Assembly (NCBI GenBank): GCA_963726455.1
Contig: CAVSCK010000002.1
Coordinates: forward strand, 1 to 64,000
Reading direction: 5' to 3'
Source of the DNA: an uncultured bacterium
GTDB lineage: Bacteria > Zixibacteria > MSB-5A5 > CAIYYT01
Length of the DNA: 64,000 nucleotides
Both the position numbers and the translations under genes were made by a program. Of the stretch, positions 12,905-23,558 are shown piece by piece. Numbering within the stretch: position 1 is the stretch's first letter; each line of letters starts with the position of its first letter. The notes under the pieces were generated by a model, which was not told the origin of the DNA, did not search any database, and worked only from the letters and a program-made list of their open reading frames with translations.

Positions 12905-13891
12905 CTAAGCTAGTGCGCTCGAATCGGAATCCTCAGCGAGTCGGGGTGCCTGCTGCGATTCCGAGACAAGCTTCTGTTGCATTTGCGAGATCTTGCTAAT
13001 GAGCATGATGGAGGCAACTACGAGGCATATTTCGATGATACCGGCAAGAATTGTCACCGCAACGGCATAGTCTTGTTGCCGCGCCGCATCTGCGTGAGAG
13101 ATCATATATCGGCCGATTGCTCTGACAATGGCTGATATTAGGTACAGAGCCCACCAACACTCCACGAGACCGAAATTCACTTGATTGCACTTGTCAGCGG
13201 CACCTCCGCCCGATTTCCAAATCTCCTTGATGGCCTGATATGGCATGAACAGATTGAGAAACGGAACAAAGAAACAACCAACTGCCCATCCAGGTGAAAA
13301 ACGCAGCCGGACACCAAATCCTCGTACGTTGGTGTTTGCTCTATGGACCCAAATGAAGAATGCAACCGCTACAGCGATATAGGCAATAAGCTGAAAGATT
13401 GCGACCGTTCCTTGTCGAGTCGCCATTTCGCGCGATTCAACGGACGAAGCTGACCTGTAGGTGGGATCCAGAAGTGCAAAATCAAAGACTAAAGATATCA
13501 GCAACACCGCTAGCAAGATCCAAAGTAGTGATTTAGCAGCCACTGCTGGCGCAACTGGATCGCGTGTGAAACCTAGTTGCTCAGGTGTGTTGCCTACCGG
13601 CTGGTCGAGTTGGTCATGGATCGGTGCTTCGGTAATCATCCTGTACTCCACCATTTGGGGCGACCGACATACGGGGCAACTGTATTCGCCCGACAGCATC
13701 TCCTCTTCGTCCAGCACCATTTGTGAATCACATTTTGGGCAAGTGTTTTCTCTGCAAACTTGGGACAGAATCTCTGTTCTCATCTGTCTCACTTCTTCGT
13801 GACTTATACCGCAGTTCCAAGCTCTCTTCAAGATTCGAAGCCGGGCCTCTTCCGTGTACTGCGATAGCCGAAAGGCGACAATTGCCTTCAA
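12905..13891 (-). CDS. DUF4328 membrane protein with N-terminal Zn-ribbon (paralogue)
   Basis: WVHRANTNV, FSPGWAVGCFFVPFLNLFMPYQAIKEIW; CPKC...CPVC; start uncertain. Confidence 0.8.
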   Translation of the reverse strand: MKAIVAFRLSQYTEEARLRILKRAWNCGISHEEVRQMRTEILSQVCRENTCPKCDSQMVLDEEEMLSGEYSCPVCRSPQMVEYRMITEAPIHDQLDQPVGNTPEQLGFTRDPVAPAVAAKSLLWILLAVLLISLVFDFALLDPTYRSASSVESREMATRQGTVAIFQLIAYIAVAVAFFIWVHRANTNVRGFGVRLRFSPGWAVGCFFVPFLNLFMPYQAIKEIWKSGGGAADKCNQVNFGLVECWWALYLISAIVRAIGRYMISHADAARQQDYAVAVTILAGIIEICLVVASIMLISKISQMQQKLVSESQQAPRLAEDSDSSALA

Positions 13892-14025
13892 TTCGTCTTC
13901 AGGAATTTCTTCGCTGTCATTGGTGCCTGACCACCTTTGGCTTCAAATCTCCTTTAGCCGTCTCTTGTAATCAGCGGAACTACTGTCGGGTTTCTCGTCC
14001 GGTGGTGCTGTCTAGGAATCATCAC

Positions 14026-15161
14026 TTACCTGAGCCGCCCATATTCCTCCTGAAGCGTTGCCGAACTCCGCGGATCAACTCTGCCGCCACCCGATGGTGT
14101 TGGATGCCTTTCTACTTTCCCTCTTTCGACTTCCTTCCCTTCCTTCTTCTCCTTCGGCTCTTCCTTGCCTAAACCGACTTTTTCCATGATGGCGACTTTG
14201 AGTTTCTCTTTGATGTCGGGGTTGTTCAGCAGGAATCCGCGGGCGTTTTCGCGGCCCTGTCCCATGCGTTCTTCACCGTAGGAGAACCAGGTGCCGCTCT
14301 TCTGGATCAGGCCATGCGTGGTGCCGAGGTCGAGCAGTTCGCCCTCGTAGTTGATCCCCTTGCCGAAAAGGATGTCAAATTCGGCCTCTTTGAACGGCGG
14401 CGCGACTTTGTTCTTGACCACGCGGACGCGCACGCGGTTGCCGATCATTTCTTCGCCTTCCTTGAGCGAGGACACTTTGCGGATATCGAGACGCACCGAG
14501 GAATAGAATTTCAGCGCGTTGCCGCCGGTCGTGGTTTCGGGATTGCCGAACATCACGCCGATTTTCATGCGAATCTGGTTGATGAAAATGACGGTCGTCT
14601 GCGATTTCGAGACGGTGCCGGTCAGTTTGCGCAACGCCTGCGACATCAGGCGCGCCTGCAAGCCCATGTGCTGGTCGCCCATTTCGCCGTCGATTTCGGC
14701 GCGTGGAACCAATGCCGCCACCGAGTCGATCACGATGCAATCAATCGCACCGGAACGACGAGCGTCTCGGTGATTTCCAGCGCCTGTTCGCCGGTGTCGG
14801 GCTGGCTGATCAGCAGGTTGTCGATATCGACGCCGAGCGCGCGGGCATAGGACGCATCCAGCGCATGTTCGGCATCGATAAACGCGGCAATGCCGCCGGC
14901 TTTCTGCGCTTCGGCGATGATATGCAGCGCCAGCGTGGTTTTGCCGGATGATTCGGGGCCGAACAATTCGACCACGCGACCGCGCGGAACGCCGCCGGTG
15001 CCGAGCGCGATGTCGAGCGCGATCGAGCCGGTGGAAATAATCGGGATGCGTTCGCCGGTGTCGAAGGCGCCGAGGCGCATGATCGAGCCCTTGCCGAATT
15101 GTTTTTCGATTTGCGACAAGGCGGCATCGAGCGCCTTGTGTTTGCCGTCAGTTTGTGCCAT
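14026..15161 (-). CDS. recA: recombinase RecA, frameshift near 14750
   Basis: [55 protein letters not shown]; C-terminal tail uncertain. Confidence 0.97.
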
Positions 15162-15201
15162 GTATTTTCACCTCACGTTAGTGTTAGAATTCGCCTTTTC
15201 T

Positions 15202-15300
15202 CGGCGCACGGGGACGTACGCCGCACACCATATCAAACCCACCGCAAGCGGTGGGGCACTCAGAGTTCATATCGTCGCGGCGCACTAGGACGTACGCCGC
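15202..15300. repeat. short palindromic REP-like repeats in the recA leader
   Basis: CGGCGCACnnGGACGTACGCCGC at 15202 and 15278, with CCCACCGCAAGCGGTGGG between. Confidence 0.6.
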
Positions 15301-15410
15301 GCACATGATCCGGGTGCTGAGTAGCGTCAAGACCGAAGCGGTTTTGACATCCGTAAGCAATAAGATTTCCGACGCGAACGAGACAAAGTTGCCACGCGAA
15401 TGAGGCGAAA

Positions 15411-15966
15411 CTACAGTGCGAATTCGGCTACGTCGGTGTACACCGGGCCGGACGGCTTCAAGTGCGATTCGATCAGATAGATCGCTTTGACCGCCAGCGG
15501 CTGCAGCGGAAATTTCGCCAGTCCGAAAGCATCCTTGAGCGCCTCCAAGCTGCGTCGGTTCTTTTACCCTCCCTAGATGTTAGATGCGGCAGAAAACGGT
15601 CGGCTTTCGCGCTCGAATCCGAGTTCCGCCAAATTGGAATCAATATTATGTGCCAAAGACTGCAATCGCTTTTTGTCATCAATTATGCCGACCCAGAATA
15701 CCCGCGGCATTGCGGATATTGGGAAAGGCGCCGCAGCCGGACAGGCCGATATCAAACGCGCCGAAGCCAGAAGCGGCTTTGGCCGCGGCCGATTTGACCT
15801 CATCCAGCCGTTTGGGGTCGGTTTCGCCGAGGAACTTCAGGGTCAGGTGCATGTTGTGCGGCTCGACCCATTTGACCTTGCCGGGGAATTGCAGGAACTG
15901 GTCGACGAATTCCGCGAGTTCTGAGCGGACAGTGTCGGAAATCTTGGCAGCTATAAAGAGTCGCAT
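15411..15966 (-). CDS. thpR: RNA 2',3'-cyclic phosphodiesterase (2H family), frameshifted
   Basis: MRLFIA, HLTLKFLG, second PHLT, ends ESHLKPSGPVY...FAL*. Confidence 0.88.
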
Positions 15967-15967
15967 A

Positions 15968-17209
15968 TTACTTTCCTAAGATGGTTTTGCGAAGAAGATC
16001 CAAAGCTATGGTCGCACTGCGTTCGCGGATTCGCTGTCGCGTGCCGAACAGGTTCAACTTCTTCGTTGTTACGCCGTCCGGATTCGCGCAACCGATATAG
16101 ACCAGTCCCACCGGTTTTTCGGGAGTGCCGCCAGTTGGTCCGGCGATACCGGTGATCGAAAGGCCGTAGTCTGTGCCAATGGCTTTCCTGACACCGGTTG
16201 CCATCGCTTCAGCCACCTGTACACTCACTGCGCCGTGTGCTTCGAGCAGATTCCGCGGAACTTCGAGCAGGCGCTGTTTGATATTGTTGGAATAGGCGAC
16301 TACCGAACCGAGAAAATATTCCGAGCTGCCGGAAACATCGGTGAGAAGCTTGGCGATCAGACCGCCGGTGCACGATTCGGCGGTTGACACGGTTTTGCCG
16401 GCATGCTGAGCAAGGAGTGATCCTACGACCTCGGCAATCGTCTGGTCGCCGATCGTGTAGATGTAATTCCCAACTCGTGAGACGATTGCTTCGGTCAGCT
16501 TGTCGACTTCGGCTTTGGCCTCGTTTTCATCGCCGTGCGACAGACAATGCGCAAGTCGGTTCCTTGATATCCGGGCAAGTACGCGAGGCGCAGGTGCTCC
16601 TGAGTCGGTTCGAGATCGGCAATGGCTTCGGCAAGTTCCGACTCCGTGATGCCGGTAGTGCGCAATCGACGAATCTCGATGTGCACACGACCAAGTCGTG
16701 TGCGCAGATACGGCAACACCGACTGCTCGGTGATTGCTTCCATCTCTGACGGCACGCCGGGCAAGGCGATAAAGCAGCGTTCCGGTTCCTGAATCAGAAT
16801 TCCCGGCGCCGAGCCGACCGGATTGTCAAGCAATTCTGCTCCCTGTGGCTGCAACGCCTGATTCTGCGCAATCGCGGGCATCTTCATATTGCGGTCGCGG
16901 TATTTGTCCTCAAGCTGCTTCAGGAGTTGCATCGTTGAATACGAGTTTGCGTTCGAACGCGCTGCAGATGGCTTTTTTGGTGATGTCGTCGCCGGTCGGA
17001 CCAAGTCCACCGGTGGCGATTATGACATCCGAGCGATTCCAGGCCGCGAGTATTGCCGTGGCTATGTCGTCGGGCCGGTCACCAACCGAAATTTTGAACC
17101 AGACCTCGATGCCGAGTTCCGCCAGCTTGCGGGCGACAAATGCGGAATTGGAGTCAACAGTGTGTCCGGAAATTATCTCTTCGCCAACAATGATGATTTC
17201 TGCTTTCAC
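15968..17209 (-). CDS. cinA: competence/damage-inducible protein CinA (MoCF + PncC), frameshifted
   Basis: TGGLGPTGDDIT, LPGVPSEM, AESCTGG, ITGIAGPTGGTPEKPVG. Confidence 0.92.
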
Positions 17210-17678
17210 GTCCCGATCCTGAACAGCACCAGCATTTGCAGAAATACGTTGGTATAAACACCAATCGCAAAGTCATCCCCCATGACGCCCCAGCCGCGCG
17301 GGAGACTTTCCCACTTGCGCGCGGGGTAAGGTTTCCAGATATCGAGCAGCCGGAACAGTACAAAGCCGACGATGTAGAGCGTTACCGTGTGCGGCACCCA
17401 GAGAAATGAGAGCATCATGCAGGAGATTTCATCAATGACGATCGGTTTGCCGTCGTGGCCGTAATAGTTTTCGGCTTCAGACGCCAGCCAGACACCGAGA
17501 GCGAGGGTCAGCACCGTCGCCGCGAAACTTATCGTCCAGCCGACCACGTTCCCCGTTGGTTGGGAAACAGGAACCAGGCAATAATCACGCCGGGTATGGT
17601 GCCTGTCGTTCCCGGGATGATCGGGGACAGTCCGAAACCGAATCCGGTTGCCAGTGTCTTGACGAATAATTTCTTCAA
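17206..17678 (-). CDS. pgpA: phosphatidylglycerophosphatase A, frameshifted
   Basis: ATGFGFGLSPIIPGTTGT, IVIDE, LFRLLDIWKP, GVMGDD. Confidence 0.88.
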
Positions 17679-17683
17679 TGATC

Positions 17684-18273
17684 CTACTTCAATGCGTTTT
17701 TCAGAAGATAATAGCTTTTTACCAGATAGTCAATTCCGGTCGCCCAGGTCACCACGACCGTAACCAACATCATCCATTCGACCAAGTCGGGCAGCATGTG
17801 CCGATTCCAGCCAGGGAATTTCGATTCCGGCAGGTGGCGCGAAGGTCTTGAGATTGATCATACAGCAGGATTACTGCAATCGCGGTCATTTGCATAAACG
17901 TCTTGACCTTGGCCCAGCGCGTCGGCACGATGACCACGCCTTTGTAGGCCGCCAGTGAACGCAGGCCGGTTATCAGAAATTCGCGGAATATTATTGCAAG
18001 CACCATCCACATCTCGACATAGCCAAGCGTCACGAATGAGATAAAGGCAACGGACACCAGAATCTTGTCTGCCAGCGGATCCATGAACTTGCCGAAGCTG
18101 GTCGTAACGCCGTACTTGCGGGCATAGTAGCCGTCGTAGAGATCGGTCAGCGCCGCGATGATGAAGATCACCATCGCCCAGAATCTGGTCCAAAGGTTGT
18201 CAATGATGAACAGCATCATGAAAACCGGGGAGAGCGCGATCCGCAAGAGTGTCAGAGCGTTAGGTAGATTCAA
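17684..18273 (-). CDS. pgsA: CDP-diacylglycerol--glycerol-3-phosphate 3-phosphatidyltransferase, 3' frameshift
   Basis: MNLPNALTLLRI, TDLYDGYYAR, FGKFMDPLADK. Confidence 0.93.
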
Positions 18274-18407
18274 GTTCCTCCCTCACTTGGGAGGAATGTA
18301 GCATGCGACTGCGGCAGGGTCAACTTATAAACGCAAGAACGGGCGCCCTGATGAGCGCCCGTCTCTGAACTTGTATCTGCGACAACTCAGAGTCGCAATT
18401 GTGAATT

Positions 18408-19480
18408 CTACTTCAGTGCACTTATCTCGCGTCTCTCTTCGGCATTACTTGAAACAGGGTTCGTACAGTTGCCATTGACCTCGATCCTGCGCTTGCCCTG
18501 GGCGTCCCTGGCAACCACGACATTGGCGCCGGTCATTCCCTTTTCCGCCAGTTTGGCCTCAATGAAGGACTTGACCTGGGCATCGGTCATGGTCGTGTCG
18601 ATATCGAACGTCGTTAGATCGAAGCCGACATTGGAGTCGCCCCTGATCTCCAATCTGACTCCCGTGGAATCAGAACCATCCGCGGCATTGCTGCTGGCAG
18701 CTAACGCTGATTTGTCTTTTGCCATCACTGCCGGTCGTCACAGATACCTGATCTGGATTCAGGCCGGCCTCGGTCAAACGGGCGGATATCTCACTTTCCA
18801 ACTGTGCGTCGGACTTGCCGGCGCCATCAATCTTGATATCAACTAACCGATAGCGTGCTTGAGCGTAGAGACTGCCGGAAACGGTTTCGAATCTCGGAGT
18901 GATTTTGGATTCGCCCTTCATACCGGCCAGCGTGTTGAGCGCAGCGACAGTCTGGCGAGCGGCGAGTTGATTGGCGAATCCGCTCATCGACGAAAATTGT
19001 CTGATCGTTCTTTTGTTCCAGACGAATTTTGACATCGCCGACTCCCAGTGTTGCCAGAGCGCTCTTGAGACTCGCCTGCGGGATCATGGCGGGCAGATTG
19101 GTGTATGCAACCTGGGCGTCATAACCGGCCAGTCGCTGGTAAGAGAACGGCACCAGTGCCACGAACAAAAAGACCGCTACGGCTAATGCCAGGCCGGTGC
19201 TGAGCCGAGGGTGAATTCGGATTTGACTGAATATGCTGGACATGATGGGAATTTCCTTTCGCTGTTGCCCGGCCACTGTCTGCTCTATTTTCCGCCGCAA
19301 CACAGGCAGCGGCGTAGTCGTCGCACCGCTGTCGGCAGCCAGCAGGCGCAATGCGTTTGACAACTGCCGTTCGGTGTTCGCAAGACGGGCGCAGGCGGCG
19401 CAGTCTTGCAGGTGTTCCAGCAGCGCTGCATCGTCAAGACTGCCTGAGTCTATTCGGTTTCTGGCTTCGTGACAACGCAT
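18408..19480 (-). CDS. putative zinc-finger anti-sigma factor with periplasmic domain, frameshifted
   Basis: HLQDCAAC motif, a single TM, overlaps the 3' end of the ECF gene; pieces in three frames. Confidence 0.7.
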
Positions 19481-20025
19481 ACAGGGGCCTCTTCGAGTTT
19501 CATGTTTACGGTTTCTGAGTTCTCGCTGCGATCCCGCTTCTTCAACAGCGCTTTGCGCATCCTGCTGCGGGCTCGCGACAACCGGGCTTTGATCGTGCCG
19601 CCCGGCTTGTCGTACATTTTCGCCAACTCGGCGACTGTCCAACCCTCGATTTCATGGAGCGTGATCAGCGCTCTGTCTTCGGGGGAGATGGCGGTGAACG
19701 CCTCGGTCAGCCGGCGTCGCGCCTGATGTTGTCCGGAGGGATCCCTTCCGGGCAGTTGCCCCTCAAGTTCCGACGTCAGGGGAACAAAGCGGCGCCACCA
19801 TGCGCCCCGATGTCGGTTCTTGAAGAGATTGATGATGAGACGATAAAGCCAGGGTCGAAATGCCGCAGCGTCGTTCAAGCTGTCGCAGCCGGCGTAGGCG
19901 CGCAGGATGGATTCCTGATACAAGTCATCGCCATCTTCGAGCGTCGGCTCCAGCCGTCGGCAGAATCGCTCCGCCTCGGCATGCACGGCCTCAAGCTCTG
20001 TCCAGAACCGGTCTCTGTTCATCAC
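19450..20025 (-). CDS. ECF RNA polymerase sigma factor
   Basis: DDLYQE, FRPWLYRL, LHEIEGW..AELA...GTIKARLSRAR. Confidence 0.9.
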   Translation of the reverse strand: MMNRDRFWTELEAVHAEAERFCRRLEPTLEDGDDLYQESILRAYAGCDSLNDAAAFRPWLYRLIINLFKNRHRGAWWRRFVPLTSELEGQLPGRDPSGQHQARRRLTEAFTAISPEDRALITLHEIEGWTVAELAKMYDKPGGTIKARLSRARSRMRKALLKKRDRSENSETVNMKLEEAPVCVVTKPETE

Positions 20026-20128
20026 CTTCTATATGTTAAGACACTTAAGATAGGGGAATGGTTGCCAGGGAGGTGCGGATTTTCGACGGGGAATTTGTCC
20101 GCAGTTGCGGGCACGCAGCAATGTTCGC

Positions 20129-21088
20129 CTACAGGGTTTTCGGCGGTTCCTTCTTCCCGAGGTACAGATATGTCCCCAACAGATTCACCCACTCAGAGAA
20201 GTCGTGGCCTTCGTTTTCGGGTTTGCTGCGAATGCGGCTGATTGCGTTGAGCTTGGAGTCGAGTTCGTCGATGAAGTAGAGCACGAACGCTTCCTCGAAA
20301 GCCGGCTCAACCGGCGACGAATACTCCTTCTTGCCCTGATGCGAAAGAATCATGTGAAGTAACTTGATGATATTGGTGTCCTCGGCGATACCCAGCTTGA
20401 CCGCATGACTGCGGATCAATTCGTAGCCGATGGTCATGTGTCCGAACAGGCGGCCTTCAACGGAATATTCCAGCGTACTGCCGACGGTGAGCTCGTCGAT
20501 TTTGCCGATGTCGTGCAGGAGTGCGCCCGCGATGACCAGAGATTTGTCGAGCTGCGCGTAATGTTCGCAAATCTTGACGGCCAGTTGCGCCATCGAAACC
20601 GAATGTTCCGCCAGTCCGCGCAGATAGGGATGATGCCAGCGCGTGCCGGCGGGGACCTCAAAGTAGCGCGGACGGACCTGCTGGTCGGAGAGAATATCGT
20701 TGGTCAGGTTGCGGATTTCGTCGTCGGTGATCAGTTCGATCAGCTCGGTAATTGACTTCTCGAGTTCCTCAAGTGATCGTTCGCTCGTCGGCAGGATTTC
20801 GGTTATGTCATATTCATCTGCCTTGGCCGGCCGGATTTTTTCGATTTGAAGTTGCGGCGTGCCTTTGTAGGAACTGACGAGGCCTTTGACTTTGACGACA
20901 TCAGCGTCACGAATTTGGTCGTAGGTGAGCTCAGCTTCTTCGTTCCACATCACGCCGCCCATTTTGCCGGTGGCGTCGCGAAATTCGAGTTGCAGGCGAA
21001 CGCCGCCGGTGAAAGGAATCAGTTCACATTGCGACAGGGCATAATAGCCGAGCAGCAGGTCGCCGATTTTGGCGGAGATGAGTTGCAT
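20129..21088 (-). CDS. yhaM: 3'-5' exoribonuclease YhaM family (OB + HD)
   Basis: OB fold (DATG...VKVKG), HHPYLRGLAEHS, LLHDIGK, GRLFGH, ILSHQG. Confidence 0.88.
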   Translation of the reverse strand: MQLISAKIGDLLLGYYALSQCELIPFTGGVRLQLEFRDATGKMGGVMWNEEAELTYDQIRDADVVKVKGLVSSYKGTPQLQIEKIRPAKADEYDITEILPTSERSLEELEKSITELIELITDDEIRNLTNDILSDQQVRPRYFEVPAGTRWHHPYLRGLAEHSVSMAQLAVKICEHYAQLDKSLVIAGALLHDIGKIDELTVGSTLEYSVEGRLFGHMTIGYELIRSHAVKLGIAEDTNIIKLLHMILSHQGKKEYSSPVEPAFEEAFVLYFIDELDSKLNAISRIRSKPENEGHDFSEWVNLLGTYLYLGKKEPPKTL

Positions 21089-21214
21089 GGAGGATAATGT
21101 GGAAGTTGCGGGTGGATATGTCAAGAACGTTTCCACGAAAGCTCATAATGATTGACAGACCGGGATCGGCCCAGCAGATTGCATCAACCGATTTGGCGAG
21201 TAATTTTGGCTGCA

Positions 21215-21322
21215 GGGACAAGCTGGAATGTTCATGCTACCGACCTTTTGGCAAAAGGGTAGGTTAAACATTCTTGTTTGACCTTAAGTTGAAATTGAAG
21301 GGACAAGCAAGAATGTTTGTCC
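21215..21322. repeat. REP copies upstream of the RAYT
   Basis: GTAGGTTAAACATTCTTGTTTGAC at 21259, inverted degenerate copies at about 21215-21240 and 21301-21322. Confidence 0.7.
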
Positions 21323-21368
21323 TTTCGAACCGGGGAGATCCTAGGTTCGCCAGAGCAAAGAGTGACGA

Positions 21369-21857
21369 GTGAGTCAGGATAGAATGCACAAACCAGAACT
21401 GCGAATTACGAGACGTCATCTTCCCCATTGGACCCTTGAAGGATCAACGTATTTTATCACTTTTCGGATAGCGGAACGGGCGCTCAACAGCATAGAGCAA
21501 GATTTGATGTTCGAGCATGTCGTTCATGGCAACGGACGATTCTACCGGCTGACAGCCTGTACTGTTATGCCGGATCACGTACACATTATGCTGACACCAA
21601 ACATGGGCTATACCCTGGCAAGAATAATGCGCGGTATCAAAGGAGTATCCGCGCACAAGGTCAATAATCTGCGGGGGAAGAGCGGCGTGTCCGTTTGGCA
21701 GCAAGAAAGCTTCGACAGAATTATCAGAAGCGAGTCGGATCTTCTTGAGAAACTCAACTACATGTTGCAGAATCCTGTAAAGAGAGGTCTGGCAGACGAT
21801 CCGTGGAAGTATCCGTTCTGGTATCTCGATTCGGATTCTCGCACGATTGACCGATGA
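21369..21857 (+). mobile_element. REP-associated tyrosine (HUH/Y1) transposase, RAYT
   Basis: TYFITFR, MPDHVH (HUH), WQQESFDRIIR, NYMLQNPVKRGL (catalytic Tyr); flanked by GTAG-REPs. Confidence 0.9.
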
Positions 21858-21864
21858 TGACCCT

Positions 21865-22500
21865 GTAGGATAAACATTCTTGTCTGTCAATTGTGCGAAA
21901 GAGTCAGACAGGAATGTCTAACCTACCCGGGCAACATCTCGACTTGGTAGGATAAACATTCTTGTTTGTCATTTGTGCGAAAGAGTCAGACAGGAATGTC
22001 TAACCTACCCGGGCAACATCTCGACTTGGTAGGATAAACATTCTTGTTTGTCATTTGTGCGAAAGAGTCAGACAGAAATGTCTAACCTACCCAGGTAACG
22101 TCTCGGTTCGCTTGGATAAACATTCTTGTTTGTCAATTGTGTGAAAGAGTCAGACAGGAATGTCTAACCTACGCGGGTAACGTCTCGACTTGGTAGGATA
22201 AGCTTTCTTGTTTGTCAATTGTGCGAAAGGGTCAGACAGGAATGTCTAACCTACCCGGGTAACATCTCGACTTGATAGGATAAACATTCTTGTTTGTCAA
22301 TTGTGCGAAAGGGTCAGACAGGAATGTCTAACCTACCCGGGTAACGTCTCGACTTGATAGGATAAACTTTCTTGTTTGTCAATTGTGCGAAAGGGTCAGA
22401 CAGGAATGTCTAACCTACCCGGGCAACATCTCGACTTGGTAGGATGAACATTCTTGTTTGTCAATTGTGCGAAAGGGTCAGACAGGAATGTCTAACCTAC
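21865..22500. repeat. BIME-like tandem array: 8 units, 82-bp period, each holding two inverted REPs
   Basis: Unit starts 21865, 21947, 22029, 22111, 22193, 22275, 22357, 22439 (last one 62 bp); GTAGGATAAACATTCTTGTTTGTC ... GTCAGACAGGAATGTCTAACCTAC. Confidence 0.95.
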
Positions 22501-23558
22501 CGATACCGCTCCAGTTCCTTCAGCAACGCTTCCTCGAGTTGTTCCGGCGGCAACTTGGCGATGACTTTGCCGTCGCGCACCAACGATAAATAATCGGCGC
22601 CACCGACGACACCAATGTCCGCGCCGGTGACTTCGCCGGGGCCGTTGACATTGCAGCCCATGACGGCGACGCGAATCGGTTTCTTGATTCCCTCGAGGAC
22701 TTTTTCGACACGACCTATCAGGCCGAACAAATCTGTCTGCAGGCGTCCGCAGGTTGGGCAACTGACCAACTCGGGTGCGTTGGTGAATAATCCGAGCGAT
22801 TGCAGAATTTTCTTGCCGACCTTGACTTCCTCGACGGGATCAGCGGATAACGATACGCGAATCGTGTCGCCGATGCCTTCGTGAAGCAACAACCCAAATG
22901 CAACGGATGACTTGATGGTTCCGCCCATGAGCGGGCCGGCTTCCGTGACGCCGAGGTGCAGCGGATAGTTGCACTTTTGCGATGCCAGCCGATACGATTC
23001 GACCATCGAAGCCACATCTGAAGACTTGAGCGAGATTACGATGTCCTCAAAACCCTCGTCCTCGAGCAGCCGCACTTTGCGCATCGCCGATTCCACCAGC
23101 GCCTCGGGATTATAGCGTCCGTATTTCTCAACGAGATCGTGCTCGAGCGAGCCGGTGTTGACGCCAATTCGAATCGGAATGCCGCGTTCTTTGCAGGCGG
23201 CAACTACGGTATCCATTTTGACGTCGTCGCCGATATTACCCGGATTAGTGCGCACCTTGTCGACACCCTGTTCGGCGGCGATCAATGCCAGGCGATAATG
23301 AAAATGAATGTCCGCAACGAGCGGGATGTTGATCTGCCGCTTGATTTCTCCGAGTGATTCAGCGGCCTTCTTGTCGAGCACGGCTACACGAATAATGTCG
23401 CAGCCGGCTTCCTCGAGGCGGTGGATTTGACTGACGGTCGCGTCAATGTTGCGCGTGTCGGTCGTAGTCATCGACTGCACCGATACGGGCGCTTCCCCAC
23501 CGATCGCAACCTTGCCGACAGAGACCTGTCGTGTCGACCTACGAGGCCGGTTGAACAT
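22497..23558 (-). CDS. ispG: 4-hydroxy-3-methylbut-2-en-1-yl diphosphate synthase
   Basis: SVQSMT, VADIHF, RTNPGN, HLGVTEAG, SCPTCGR, VMGCNVNGPGE. Confidence 0.97.
   Translation of the reverse strand: MFNRPRRSTRQVSVGKVAIGGEAPVSVQSMTTTDTRNIDATVSQIHRLEEAGCDIIRVAVLDKKAAESLGEIKRQINIPLVADIHFHYRLALIAAEQGVDKVRTNPGNIGDDVKMDTVVAACKERGIPIRIGVNTGSLEHDLVEKYGRYNPEALVESAMRKVRLLEDEGFEDIVISLKSSDVASMVESYRLASQKCNYPLHLGVTEAGPLMGGTIKSSVAFGLLLHEGIGDTIRVSLSADPVEEVKVGKKILQSLGLFTNAPELVSCPTCGRLQTDLFGLIGRVEKVLEGIKKPIRVAVMGCNVNGPGEVTGADIGVVGGADYLSLVRDGKVIAKLPPEQLEEALLKELERYR

Noticed and set aside
21865-22500. CRISPR array
   Set aside because: The linkers are near-identical rather than unique spacers, no cas genes are present, and the GTAG hairpins plus adjacent RAYT explain it as a BIME.
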